A stretch of DNA of 64,000 nucleotides from a virus: the IMG/VR virus record IMGVR_UViG_3300032087_002755. One strand, 5' to 3'. A model generated the notes under the pieces. That model ran no database searches and had not been told where the DNA came from. It was given only the letters and a program-made list of their open reading frames with translations. Shown one piece after another: positions 19,293 to 29,684 of the stretch (position 1 is its first letter; each line of letters starts with the position of its first letter). The translations under genes were made by a program, and so were the position numbers.

Positions 19293-22200
19293 ATGGCAGA
19301 GAAAACTGATTTAAATATATCACCCTATTATGACGACTACAGTCAGGATAAAAATTTCCACAAGGTCTTATTTCGTGCAAGTCGACCTTTACAAGCAAGG
19401 GAATTAACTCAGTCTCAATCAATCCTACAAAACCAAATTGAAAGATTTGGTAATCATATATTTGAAGAGGGTTCGATTGTTACTGGTGCTCAAACTGATG
19501 TCGATATGGAACTTTACTTTGTTAAGGTAAAGTCTTCCAATCCAAATGTTAGTGGTGATTCTTCAGTTGAGACATACAGAAAATCCTTTCACGGAAAAAT
19601 AATACAAGGTAAAACTACAGGTGTTGTAGGTAAGGTTGTTACTTCTACTGCAGAAACAACAGACGATAAAACTACACTCTTTGTTAGATATCAATCACAA
19701 GGAACAGATACATCAAACTCATTTACATTCTCTGCTGGTGAAGAACTACAAGAAGTTACAGTAGACCAAAATGGTGCTATTACATCAGTAGGTTCAAACA
19801 ATAATGAATTTACAGTAGACTCATTAACAGTAGACTCAAATCCAACAGGAAGAGCTTCAATTGCAAACATATCAGAAGGTGTTCTATTCTTAAGAGGATT
19901 CTTTGTAAAAGTTCCAGCACAAGAACTTATATTAGAAAAATACTCGGGTGCTCCTTCATATAGAGTTGGTTTAACTATTACAGAAAAGTTAATCTCCTCT
20001 GCAGAAGATAATTCTTTATTAGATAACTCACAAGGAACAACAAACGAAAACGCTGCTGGTGCAGATAGACTTAAGTTTGATGTGGTATTAAGTAAGTATG
20101 CACTTACTACAACCACTGATACAGACTTCGTAGAACTCGTTAGAGTTAACAAAGGTTTAATCGAACTCAAAGTAGATAAACCAATATACAATGAAATCGA
20201 ACATACAATGGCACGAAGAACTTTCGATGCAAATGGTGATTTTGTTGTAAGACAATTCGTTCCAAATTTAAAGGAACACTTAGACACTTCAATCAATGGT
20301 GGAGTCTATACAAAATCAAATGGTGGTGACGAATCTAAATTTGTCATGCAAGTATCGCCTGGTAAAGCATATGTTAAAGGATATGAGATTGATAAAATAG
20401 GAACAACAACAGTTCCATTAAATAAAGCAAGGTCAGTAGTTTCTTTAGACAATGCAAACACACCTATTAGATTAGGTAACAAATTAAGAGTTACAAGTGT
20501 ACATTCATTACCCGAATTTGGTAATGACGTAGGTAACACTGCATTAGACCCATTCCAAGTTGCAAACTTAGTAGATTATACACCAAGTGCTGGTGCAGCT
20601 GTTACTGGAAATCCAATCGGTTTATGTAGAGTTAGAAATGTTGATGAACATACAACAGGTGTATACAATTTATACTTGTTTGATATCAAAATGTTCACAA
20701 AGATTACTTTAACTAGTATTTCCTCTTCAAGTGAATTCAGTGTTGGAGATAAAATAACAGAAGACACAACAGGTGCAACAGGTATTGTTTCAGTCGTAGA
20801 TGCAACTAATAATATTCTTATGTTGCATGATGTGGTTGGTACATTTACAGTTGGAAATGGTTTATCCTCAAAAGGTTTAACAAGTACAACTAAATCAGCT
20901 GGTGCAATCACTGGAGTTAGAACATATAACATTGATAGAGTTAGAGGTGTAATACAAGAATCAAATGACTCTAACAATGAAAGATTTACTGCAAGTGTAG
21001 TTTTAGACAGTGTATTTAACTTAACAGGAACAGTAATATTCGGTTCAACTACAACTATTACAGGTTTCGGAACTAAATTTACTACAGAACTTAAAGAAGG
21101 AGACGTTATTCACAATCCTACTTCAGGTCAAAATTTAATTATCAGTGCAGTCACAAGTGATATACTTGCAACAGTAACAGTTGCCTCAAGTGGTGAATAT
21201 CAAGGTGGTTGTTCGAGATTACGTGCAACGTTATACGACCAAAACCAAACTGCAAACATATTCGCATGGCCAAGAAACTGGGTTAAAACACATACAGGTG
21301 AATCAATTCAAATACGAAGACAATTTACAGTTGCACTTACCAATACGGGTACGTTTACTATAGACACTGGTTCTAATGGTACATTCGGTGCAGTAAACAA
21401 AGACAACTTTACAATTGCATGTATTCAAGGTGCTGGTGGAACATTATCTGCTGGAGACTTAGTTGACCCCGATACACTTACAAATTCGGTTTCACCTTCA
21501 GGTTCAGGACAACAGATTACATTCAGTGGTATTAATGCAAATAACAGTGGTGCAACAGTAAAAGTTTCATACACGGTTACAATAACAGACCCAGTTAACA
21601 GAACTAAAACACTAAGAAGTGGAAGAATGTTAAAAGTCGGAACTAGTTCTGCTACAAATACAGTATTCTATGGAACTGCATACGATAACAAAGAAATTAC
21701 ACTAGGTGTTCCTGATGTATATAAAGTTCGTGGAATATACGAAGGAGTATCAGGAGATGCAGTACCACCTTCAGGAGTTATTACTACTACAACTGGAACC
21801 TTTGTTGTTAATGAAGAGATTGTAGGACAAACTTCAGATGCACGTGCAAATATAGTAACACTAGGTTCAAACCCAGCTGTGTCATGGTTCTATTACACTA
21901 ACGATAAAGTATTTACTAATACAGAAAGTATTATTGGTCAGACTTCAGGTGCAGTCGGAACTATTGCATCAGTAACAGCAGGGTCACCAAATATTAAAAA
22001 CAGATACTTCTTTGACAATGGTCAGAGAGACGGATACTATGACCTTTCAAAACTAGTATTGAAGCCTGGTGAACCAACTCCAAACAATAAAATTCTAGTA
22101 ATCTTTGATTACTTCCAATCATCAGGTGGTGGTGATTACTTTGACGTAAATTCATATAACTCAATTCCGTATTCAGAGATACCAGTTTACTCACCAAACA

Positions 22201-25200
22201 AAGTAGACTTGGGTGGATTAGAACCTGATGGAACTTTTGAGTTATCAGACTCAGTCGATTTCAGACCATTAGTTGGTCAGATATTAGGGTCTACAACTTT
22301 TGCAACAAACACTTCACAAGACCCAACAGATTCCACAAGTATTGTTGACTTATCAGATACAAGTGGAGAAGGTGCAAGATATGCTCCATTCGGATATGAG
22401 AGTGGACGTTCTTTCTTAGGAACAAGAACAAATATTGCAACAACCAACGCAAGTGCAGTTGATACCCCAGTAAGTGGTTCAAGTGTTGTGGGTGATATAT
22501 CATTCTATGTTGGTAGAATAGATAAAGTATTTTTACATAAGTCAGGAATGTTCCAAGTATCAACTGGAAATCCTTCCTTATCACCAACTAAACCTAAAGC
22601 TATTGACGAATCAATCGAAATGTTTGAATTGTCAATACCGCCTTACACTAATAAGTTAAACCAAATCAGAGTAAGGTCACAAGACCATAGACGATATACT
22701 ATGAAAGATATCGGAAAGATTAATAACAGGGTCACTAACTTAGAAAGAATTACTTCACTATCATTACTTGAGAAAGATACTCAATCAAAACAGATTTTAG
22801 ATGCAGACGGATTCGATAGATATAAGTCAGGTTTCTTAGTAGATAACTTTAGAGGTCATAAGATTGGTGACGTAAATCACCCCGACTATAAGTGTTCTAT
22901 CGATACAAAAATGGGTATGTTAAGACCTCAGTCTTATCAACAGTTCTTTGATATTGGATTAAACTCAGGTGCATCTTCAAACTTTACAAAAACTGGTGAC
23001 TTAATAACATTACCATTTACAGAACTTGCATATGTAGACCAAAATAAAGCGTCTCGTTCAATCAATGTTAACCCATACCATGTATTTGCATTCGTAGGTA
23101 ATGTCAAGTTGACACCCGAAACAGATATATGGCAAGATACAGAACAACTACCCGAAGTTAGAATCAATAGAGAAGGAAACTTTGATGCAGTATTATCGGA
23201 CAACACAAATGCACTAGGAACAGTTTGGAACTCGTGGCAAACCACATGGGCAGGTGAACCAAGTGTAGTGTCTTCAGAAGTTCAAGCAACTTCTAATGGT
23301 TCATGGTCAGGAGACCCAGCACAAGGTGGTGAATGGGTTGCTGGTTTAGAGATAACAAGAGAAATTACAGAGACACCTGAGATTCAAACAAGAACAGGTG
23401 TAACAACAAGTGTCGTAGAAGACTTTGTAGAAACAAGAAACGATAGAATCGTGTCAGTATCAATTGTTCCTTTCATGCGTGCAAGGACTATTGAGATAGA
23501 TGCAACCAACTTAAAGCCTGGTTCGAATCATTACTTCTTCTTTGACAACATAGACGTAAACAGATTCGTAAGACCTTACAGTGGAACTTATTCACAAGAC
23601 GGTGGAACAACAGTTACATCAAATTGTAAAACAGACGGAAACGGAAGATTACGTGCATACTTTGAATTACCGAATAATTCAATAGACAAGTTTGCAACAG
23701 GACAAAGAGAATTAAGAATAACATCTTCTGCAAACAATTTAAGTAATCCTGCTTCAAATGGTAGTGCAGTATATCAAGCACAAGGACTATTACAAGCATC
23801 ACAAACAGAAATCGTATCTACAAGAAATGGTAGAGTGGTTATGGAAAGATTACAAGGTTCAAGGTCAATGTCTAGAAGGGGTGAGAATTTAAACTCTGCA
23901 CCAACAGACACAACTGCACCACCACTACCTCAAGCACCTGCTGAAATTGTGAGGGTAAATGACCCACCACAAGATATGACACCACCAGTGATACCCGACC
24001 CAACTCCAGCGGTTCCCGACCCTGTAGCAGTAATACCAGTCGAATCACCACTAGTGTTTACCCCACCAGTAGTATCGTGGCCTGAACCACCTATTGAGGT
24101 TCCAATAATCATTGACGATATGAGAGATAGATTTGTTGATAGAATTGGAAGAAGTTCAAGATTAGATAGAGGTTGGGGAGACCCACTTGCACAATCATTC
24201 TTATGTGAAGCTGACGGAGGTATGTTCTTATCTTCAGTAGACGTGTTCTTTGAAACTAAAGATACTTCAATGCCTGTTTCAGTAGAAGTTAGAACTATGG
24301 TAAACGGATATCCCGGCCAGACTGTTCTTCCTTTCTCTACTGTAACACATAATCCTTCTGCCGTCAATACGTCTGCAGATGGGTCAGTTGCAACAACATT
24401 TACTTTTGATTCCCCAGTATACGTAGAAGAAAACGTAGAGTATGCATTGGTTGTATACTCAAACTCAAATGAATACAACATGTTCATTTCAAGAATGGGT
24501 GAGAAAGACCTTGCAACAGGACAAACAATCGCAGGTCAACCATATGCTGGTTCACTATTCTTATCTCAGAATGCTTCCACATGGACTGCAGAACAAACTG
24601 ATGATATGAAAATCAAAATCAAAACATGTAGATTTGATACTTCAAAAATTTCAAACTTAAAATTTGAGAATGATGCATTACCTTCAACTAAACTACAAAA
24701 CAATCCAATAGAAACTTTTGTTGGTCAAAACTATGTTAAAGTATACAACTACTTACATGGAATGTATGATTCAGTAGGAAATAAAGATAATGTAGTCATG
24801 TCAGGTTTAACAGGAGATAAGACAGGTTCAATATTAACCTTGGGTAGTAATTCAGTTAATGCAACACCTACAGACGGAACATATAATAATTTAGCAATTA
24901 GTTCAGGTTCTACTAGTGGAACAGGTGCAACACTTAGTGTCGTAGTTGCAAGTGGTGCTGTTACTAGTTGTCTAATTAGCAACCCAGGCGGTGGTTATCT
25001 AGATACAGAAACCTTAGTCATAAACAATTTCGATGCAAATGGAACAACCCTATCAGTAGAGATTGGTACGGTTGGTGAAACATTAGGTTCAATTCCAGTT
25101 GCAGCTTTAAATACAACGTTTACACAAATCAGTAATAGAGGAATTGATTCATATACAGTGATACCCGATTTATCTTCATTTAATTTTGTGTCAGGATACA

Positions 25201-26009
25201 CTGCATTAGTATCAACAGTTAGTGGTGGAAGTAATGCACTATCAACTAGAAACTATTACTTTGATGCAATTCATACAATGATTCCTTCTATTGCAGTTAA
25301 GAATACACAAATTCTTGCAAGTATTCAAGGGACTGGAATGAGTTCACCCGAAGGTGTAATCAGTGGAACTGCATACACTAAGAGTACAACAAGTACATTT
25401 ATCACATTGAATGATAATGCATTCTTTGATGCACCAAGTATTGTTGCATCAACAATCAATGAACAAAATGAAATGTCTAGTACAAAATCATTTAGTGTTA
25501 ACTTACAACTTGCATCATTTAACCAAAACATTTCTCCAGTTATAGACGTGGGAACAATTGGTTGTATAGGTATTGCAAACAGATTAAACAACATAGATAG
25601 TAGTGCAGATGTCCCTACAGGAACCACATATATCCCTTCTACTGAACCCGAAGGGGATTCTAATGCAATGGTATATGTAACACGTAAAGTGAACCTTAAA
25701 ACACCTGCTACAAGTCTTAAAGTTATTGGAGATTTCTTCAGACCGCCAACAACAGATATCAAAGTCATGTATAAGATAATTAAAAATGACGAAGATACAC
25801 CATTAGATGATATTGGATTCCAATTCTTCAATACTAATGGAAGTCCCGATGTCTCAGTTGAGAATGACGGAAGAAACTTTAAAGAATACGAATTCACTGC
25901 AAACGACTTGCCTGAATTCAGTGCATTTGCTGTGAAAATAGTTGGACAAGGAACAAATACATCAGTAGTACCATTGATTACTGCACTTAGATGTATGGCA
26001 CTTGCATAA
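19293..26009 (+). CDS. Large virion structural protein (VrlC/DUF4815-like)
   Basis: N.SPYYDDY, VLFR..RPLQARELTQ.Q, GADR, GKAYVKGYE, RYTMKDIG, GF.VDNF, DPLAQSF, GSLF.SQNASTW. Confidence 0.85.
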   Translation: MAEKTDLNISPYYDDYSQDKNFHKVLFRASRPLQARELTQSQSILQNQIERFGNHIFEEGSIVTGAQTDVDMELYFVKVKSSNPNVSGDSSVETYRKSFHGKIIQGKTTGVVGKVVTSTAETTDDKTTLFVRYQSQGTDTSNSFTFSAGEELQEVTVDQNGAITSVGSNNNEFTVDSLTVDSNPTGRASIANISEGVLFLRGFFVKVPAQELILEKYSGAPSYRVGLTITEKLISSAEDNSLLDNSQGTTNENAAGADRLKFDVVLSKYALTTTTDTDFVELVRVNKGLIELKVDKPIYNEIEHTMARRTFDANGDFVVRQFVPNLKEHLDTSINGGVYTKSNGGDESKFVMQVSPGKAYVKGYEIDKIGTTTVPLNKARSVVSLDNANTPIRLGNKLRVTSVHSLPEFGNDVGNTALDPFQVANLVDYTPSAGAAVTGNPIGLCRVRNVDEHTTGVYNLYLFDIKMFTKITLTSISSSSEFSVGDKITEDTTGATGIVSVVDATNNILMLHDVVGTFTVGNGLSSKGLTSTTKSAGAITGVRTYNIDRVRGVIQESNDSNNERFTASVVLDSVFNLTGTVIFGSTTTITGFGTKFTTELKEGDVIHNPTSGQNLIISAVTSDILATVTVASSGEYQGGCSRLRATLYDQNQTANIFAWPRNWVKTHTGESIQIRRQFTVALTNTGTFTIDTGSNGTFGAVNKDNFTIACIQGAGGTLSAGDLVDPDTLTNSVSPSGSGQQITFSGINANNSGATVKVSYTVTITDPVNRTKTLRSGRMLKVGTSSATNTVFYGTAYDNKEITLGVPDVYKVRGIYEGVSGDAVPPSGVITTTTGTFVVNEEIVGQTSDARANIVTLGSNPAVSWFYYTNDKVFTNTESIIGQTSGAVGTIASVTAGSPNIKNRYFFDNGQRDGYYDLSKLVLKPGEPTPNNKILVIFDYFQSSGGGDYFDVNSYNSIPYSEIPVYSPNKVDLGGLEPDGTFELSDSVDFRPLVGQILGSTTFATNTSQDPTDSTSIVDLSDTSGEGARYAPFGYESGRSFLGTRTNIATTNASAVDTPVSGSSVVGDISFYVGRIDKVFLHKSGMFQVSTGNPSLSPTKPKAIDESIEMFELSIPPYTNKLNQIRVRSQDHRRYTMKDIGKINNRVTNLERITSLSLLEKDTQSKQILDADGFDRYKSGFLVDNFRGHKIGDVNHPDYKCSIDTKMGMLRPQSYQQFFDIGLNSGASSNFTKTGDLITLPFTELAYVDQNKASRSINVNPYHVFAFVGNVKLTPETDIWQDTEQLPEVRINREGNFDAVLSDNTNALGTVWNSWQTTWAGEPSVVSSEVQATSNGSWSGDPAQGGEWVAGLEITREITETPEIQTRTGVTTSVVEDFVETRNDRIVSVSIVPFMRARTIEIDATNLKPGSNHYFFFDNIDVNRFVRPYSGTYSQDGGTTVTSNCKTDGNGRLRAYFELPNNSIDKFATGQRELRITSSANNLSNPASNGSAVYQAQGLLQASQTEIVSTRNGRVVMERLQGSRSMSRRGENLNSAPTDTTAPPLPQAPAEIVRVNDPPQDMTPPVIPDPTPAVPDPVAVIPVESPLVFTPPVVSWPEPPIEVPIIIDDMRDRFVDRIGRSSRLDRGWGDPLAQSFLCEADGGMFLSSVDVFFETKDTSMPVSVEVRTMVNGYPGQTVLPFSTVTHNPSAVNTSADGSVATTFTFDSPVYVEENVEYALVVYSNSNEYNMFISRMGEKDLATGQTIAGQPYAGSLFLSQNASTWTAEQTDDMKIKIKTCRFDTSKISNLKFENDALPSTKLQNNPIETFVGQNYVKVYNYLHGMYDSVGNKDNVVMSGLTGDKTGSILTLGSNSVNATPTDGTYNNLAISSGSTSGTGATLSVVVASGAVTSCLISNPGGGYLDTETLVINNFDANGTTLSVEIGTVGETLGSIPVAALNTTFTQISNRGIDSYTVIPDLSSFNFVSGYTALVSTVSGGSNALSTRNYYFDAIHTMIPSIAVKNTQILASIQGTGMSSPEGVISGTAYTKSTTSTFITLNDNAFFDAPSIVASTINEQNEMSSTKSFSVNLQLASFNQNISPVIDVGTIGCIGIANRLNNIDSSADVPTGTTYIPSTEPEGDSNAMVYVTRKVNLKTPATSLKVIGDFFRPPTTDIKVMYKIIKNDEDTPLDDIGFQFFNTNGSPDVSVENDGRNFKEYEFTANDLPEFSAFAVKIVGQGTNTSVVPLITALRCMALA

Positions 26010-26218
26010 TGAAAGATATTGAGTATGTAAAAGTTGAAGGTCACTCACACTTAGTGAGAGACGAAAGTTCTCACGGAATTGTTAATACAGATATAGAAAA
26101 CTTTAAATTAACAATGAAACGTAGAGAACTTATGAAAACAACTCGTGAAGAGATAAATACATTAAAAGGTGATATGGAAGAAATTAAATCCTTATTAACC
26201 AAACTTATAGAGAGATAG
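26009..26218 (+). CDS. Small conserved protein (coiled-coil C-terminus)
   Basis: VEGH..LVRD..S..IVN; TAATG overlap with upstream gene. Confidence 0.7.
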   Translation: MKDIEYVKVEGHSHLVRDESSHGIVNTDIENFKLTMKRRELMKTTREEINTLKGDMEEIKSLLTKLIER

Positions 26219-26219
26219 A

Positions 26220-27446
26220 ATGGCAAAAACAGTAGACCAATTTTCAACGATAGAAAATTTCAGAACCAAGTATAATGAACTTGCCGTTGACGTTGGTGAG
26301 TTATCAGGTTTAAGAACTGAATCAACTTCAAATGTAGTTGATGCACTTAACAGCCTTGAAGATAAAGCATTCTTCTTTCAAGAGTTTAAGTATAGTGCAA
26401 CGAGTGGTCAAACTGTATTCTCGGGTAATGATTCTGCTGGTAACTCTTTAGTATTCAGAAGTGGAAGAATCCAAGTATTTAAAAATGCAACTCATTTACT
26501 TTTAGGAACAGATTATACAATCGGTGGTGTAAACGGAAACAAACATACAGAAATTACACTTAACGTAGGTGCATCAGTTAGTGATGTTATCACTGTTTAT
26601 GCATATACAGGTTCATACTTAGGAAGTGCAATTGGAACTGGTGGTGGAACAGACGGTCAGTTTACTGAAACCGCTGCAAACACTATTTACAACAAAAATA
26701 CAAATGGTGTAATATTAAATGGTTCTTCAACTGGAAGAACAACTACACTTTCTACAAGTGCAAAAATAGAATTTGATTCTGCTGGAACAGGTATCTATTC
26801 ACAAGAAGATATTACACTTGCAGCTGGTAAGAATTTTGTTGGAAATCTAACTGGAGACGTTACTGGTGATTTAACTGGAAATGTCACTGGAAACCTCACT
26901 GGTAATGTCACTGGAAATACTTCAGGTAGTGCTGGAACAGTCACAAGTATATCTACACATAGTGCAAGTGCATTATCAGACATTAATTATACCACAACAC
27001 CTTCTAACGGTCAAATCCTTACATGGGATAATGCAAATCAGTATTGGGAACCAGCAGATAATCAATCTCTTTCTTCATTAAGTGGTGATACAGACGACCT
27101 TACAGAAGGAACAACAAATCTGTTTTCAACTACAGAAAGAATTCAAGATGCAGCTGCACAAATGATTACAAGTGCCGCACATAGTAACATATCAGTATCA
27201 TATGATGACGGATTGGGTACACTTACATTTACTGCTGGTGCAACATATGCTGATTCAGACGCAAGAGCTGCCGTGTCAGGTGGAAACGGACTTGCATATA
27301 ATAGTTCAACAGGTGTCTTTAGTGCAAACACTTCAAATGGTATCGAAATAAATAGTGATAGTATAGAATTAGATTATGAAATAGTCAATTCTGCACCCGC
27401 TAGTGCTGGTTCTACATCAACTGGTCACTTGTGGTTTGTTATATAA
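26220..27446 (+). CDS. Fibre protein 1 (N-terminal anchor, GNLTG repeats, C-terminal SAP...GHLW motif)
   Basis: F..FR.K.NEL N-terminus, ATSGQTVF domain, (G[ND][LV]T)n repeats. Confidence 0.7.
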   Translation: MAKTVDQFSTIENFRTKYNELAVDVGELSGLRTESTSNVVDALNSLEDKAFFFQEFKYSATSGQTVFSGNDSAGNSLVFRSGRIQVFKNATHLLLGTDYTIGGVNGNKHTEITLNVGASVSDVITVYAYTGSYLGSAIGTGGGTDGQFTETAANTIYNKNTNGVILNGSSTGRTTTLSTSAKIEFDSAGTGIYSQEDITLAAGKNFVGNLTGDVTGDLTGNVTGNLTGNVTGNTSGSAGTVTSISTHSASALSDINYTTTPSNGQILTWDNANQYWEPADNQSLSSLSGDTDDLTEGTTNLFSTTERIQDAAAQMITSAAHSNISVSYDDGLGTLTFTAGATYADSDARAAVSGGNGLAYNSSTGVFSANTSNGIEINSDSIELDYEIVNSAPASAGSTSTGHLWFVI

Positions 27447-27455
27447 TGAGATGAA

Positions 27456-28931
27456 ATGTCAGACGAAATATACATTAATATAGGGTCAACGATACAACAA
27501 CCGTATCAAGGTCAAACACCTGCTTCTGCTCAGTCTAATGAAACGAAACAGATAGTAAAACGAACTCCTGCGAGTTCTCAGACCTCATATAGAAGTCCGA
27601 GTCAAACACCTTCAACTTATAGGTCGCCAGTTGCTGGACAACAACCTTTAACTAATGTAAACAAACAAACTCCATTTACATATCAAGCACAAAGTCAGTC
27701 ACCTTTTACATATCAGGTGACTTATCAACACCCAGCAATTTATTCATATAGACAACCAAGTACGACACAAAGTCCTTATATTGCTAATGGACAAACTAAT
27801 CAAGCAAATGTAAGTAAACAAAGTCCATTTACAACACCTATTTCAAATGTAAGTAAACAAAGTCCATTTACATACCAATACAGGTCTCCATTTCCTTACT
27901 CGTATCAGCAACCTGCTAGACAACCTGTGGATGCTAGAAATCCATTCACGTATCAGAATGTCGGCCCAGTTTCTTATCAACAGGTTGGGTTTGCACGTTC
28001 ACCATTTATCTATTGGTATCAAATACAACAAGCAAAATTTGCTGACCCCGAAGAAATAGATTTTTATCAAGGGCCTCAGGGTGACGGTTATGACGTTACT
28101 GGAAGTAAACAATGGTTTACAGAAGCTAGAACTCCAGTGATTGCACAAGGGTATTTACAACCCGCTAGAACACCAGTAGCAGGTGGTGCCGCGACTGGTT
28201 TCTATCAGCTCCCATATATCTATCTCGGTGAGAATGTTAGATTAAATATACCGTATCCATATATTGCACCAGCTACACAACAACCTTATACAATATATCG
28301 TTCCTCGAATCCTGTAAATGCACAACAACCATTTACGTTTCAGAGTCCGTTTACAACACCTATTGCAACTGCACAAGGTCAAGAACCTAATATTAGAAAT
28401 GCACGACAACCATTAATCTATCAATATCAGCAACCTGTAAGACAACCAGTAATCTATCAACATAGACAACCGTTTACTTATCAACATAGACAGCCTCTTA
28501 ATAATCAAACACCGATTGCAAATGTAAGTTCACAAACAACTGCTCAAAAAACTGTTAATGCACAAGAATCAAATCCATACATTGCAAACGCTAGACAACC
28601 TATAATTTATCAGACTAGGTCACCATTCACATATAGAAACCCAGTGAATGCACAAACAAGTACACAAAATGTTGCAAGACAACCTAACATTTATCAGACA
28701 CCTTACCAAGTAAATTATCAACATAGGTCACCATACATATATCAGACACCATATACAACAACTAGAAGTATCGGCCCAGTTGCCAAAGTGAAGGGAGTTT
28801 ATTTGAATGACGGTGGAACTGTAAGAAAGGTTCAAGAGATTTATACAAATGAAAACTCTACACCCGAGAAAATACACCAAACAGTCCCCGCTGCAAGATT
28901 CTCTAAAAATCCTTCAAACACTCAAGTATAA
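27456..28931 (+). CDS. Pro-punctuated Q/Y/T/R-rich repeat protein; predicted self-complementary giant beta-hairpin (fibre-tip appendage)
   Basis: Units FTYRNP, YIANARQP, VNAQ.P etc.; N-arm and C-arm unit lengths mirror each other. Confidence 0.75.
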   Translation: MSDEIYINIGSTIQQPYQGQTPASAQSNETKQIVKRTPASSQTSYRSPSQTPSTYRSPVAGQQPLTNVNKQTPFTYQAQSQSPFTYQVTYQHPAIYSYRQPSTTQSPYIANGQTNQANVSKQSPFTTPISNVSKQSPFTYQYRSPFPYSYQQPARQPVDARNPFTYQNVGPVSYQQVGFARSPFIYWYQIQQAKFADPEEIDFYQGPQGDGYDVTGSKQWFTEARTPVIAQGYLQPARTPVAGGAATGFYQLPYIYLGENVRLNIPYPYIAPATQQPYTIYRSSNPVNAQQPFTFQSPFTTPIATAQGQEPNIRNARQPLIYQYQQPVRQPVIYQHRQPFTYQHRQPLNNQTPIANVSSQTTAQKTVNAQESNPYIANARQPIIYQTRSPFTYRNPVNAQTSTQNVARQPNIYQTPYQVNYQHRSPYIYQTPYTTTRSIGPVAKVKGVYLNDGGTVRKVQEIYTNENSTPEKIHQTVPAARFSKNPSNTQV

Positions 28932-28936
28932 TTTTG

Positions 28937-28944
28937 TATAAATA
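28937..28944 (+). promoter_or_regulatory. Late promoter TATAAATA
   Basis: Exact consensus, intergenic. Confidence 0.75.
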
Positions 28945-28949
28945 GTTAT

Positions 28950-29282
28950 ATGGCTATTATTGCAAACATATTCATCGACCAAGGAACAGATTTCAGTATT
29001 ACTGTAGATGTGACTGATACTAGTGGTGGGGTTTTAAACATGAGTGGTTACACTGCCTCTGCACAAATTAGAAAGACTTATGGTTCTTCTACTGTTAGTG
29101 CTACCTTTGGAACTTCCATTTCAGAAGCAACAGGTCAAGTTACATTAACTTTAAGTGATACTCAAACAACTGCATTGGAGTCGGGTAGATATGTTTACGA
29201 TTTAAATGTGACAAGTAGTGGTGGACAGACTACTCGTGTGGTAGAAGGTCAAGCGATTGTCACCCCAGGCGTAACGAGGTAA
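28950..29282 (+). CDS. Small Ig-like virion adaptor protein
   Basis: IDQGTDF, GYT..AQIRK, GRYVYD, RVVEG...VTPGVT; late promoter upstream. Confidence 0.75.
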   Translation: MAIIANIFIDQGTDFSITVDVTDTSGGVLNMSGYTASAQIRKTYGSSTVSATFGTSISEATGQVTLTLSDTQTTALESGRYVYDLNVTSSGGQTTRVVEGQAIVTPGVTR

Positions 29283-29286
29283 TCAT

Positions 29287-29529
29287 ATGGCAATTAAAGG
29301 AACATTAAGTAGAGTTGCAACGATTGGAGGTAAAGTCCAAGGACAGGGTAATATTCGTGCAAAACAAGTTGCAATTGGTAATTCATCTTCAAACGTAAAT
29401 CTATCTGCTAAATCAATCAACGAATTATCAGACGTAGATGCAACAGAAACAGATGACGGACTTTTATCTTATGATGCAACAACAGATAAATGGACAACAA
29501 CCACTATTTTAGACGGTGGAACGTTTTAA
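29287..29529 (+). CDS. Short fibre linker ending DGGTF
   Basis: L.DVD....DG.L.YD....KW motif; C-terminal LDGGTF. Confidence 0.7.
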   Translation: MAIKGTLSRVATIGGKVQGQGNIRAKQVAIGNSSSNVNLSAKSINELSDVDATETDDGLLSYDATTDKWTTTTILDGGTF

Positions 29530-29556
29530 AACACTAAATAAAAGACAAAAATCAAG

Positions 29557-29638
29557 GATACCGACCAGTGAAGGTATCGACCCTCATAGTGAGAGGATAG
29601 TTTAATATATTATGAGTCTCTCGGGATAGTGAACGAGA
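29557..29638 (+). promoter_or_regulatory. Candidate structured leader RNA: three hairpins with AGUGA loops
   Basis: GATACC-gaccAGTGAa-GGTATC; CCTC-atAGTGA-GAGG; TCTCG-ggatAGTGAa-CGAGA. Confidence 0.6.
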
Positions 29639-29684
29639 ATTAATTAATTAATTTTTACTAAAACTATAATAGGAAAATATAAAA

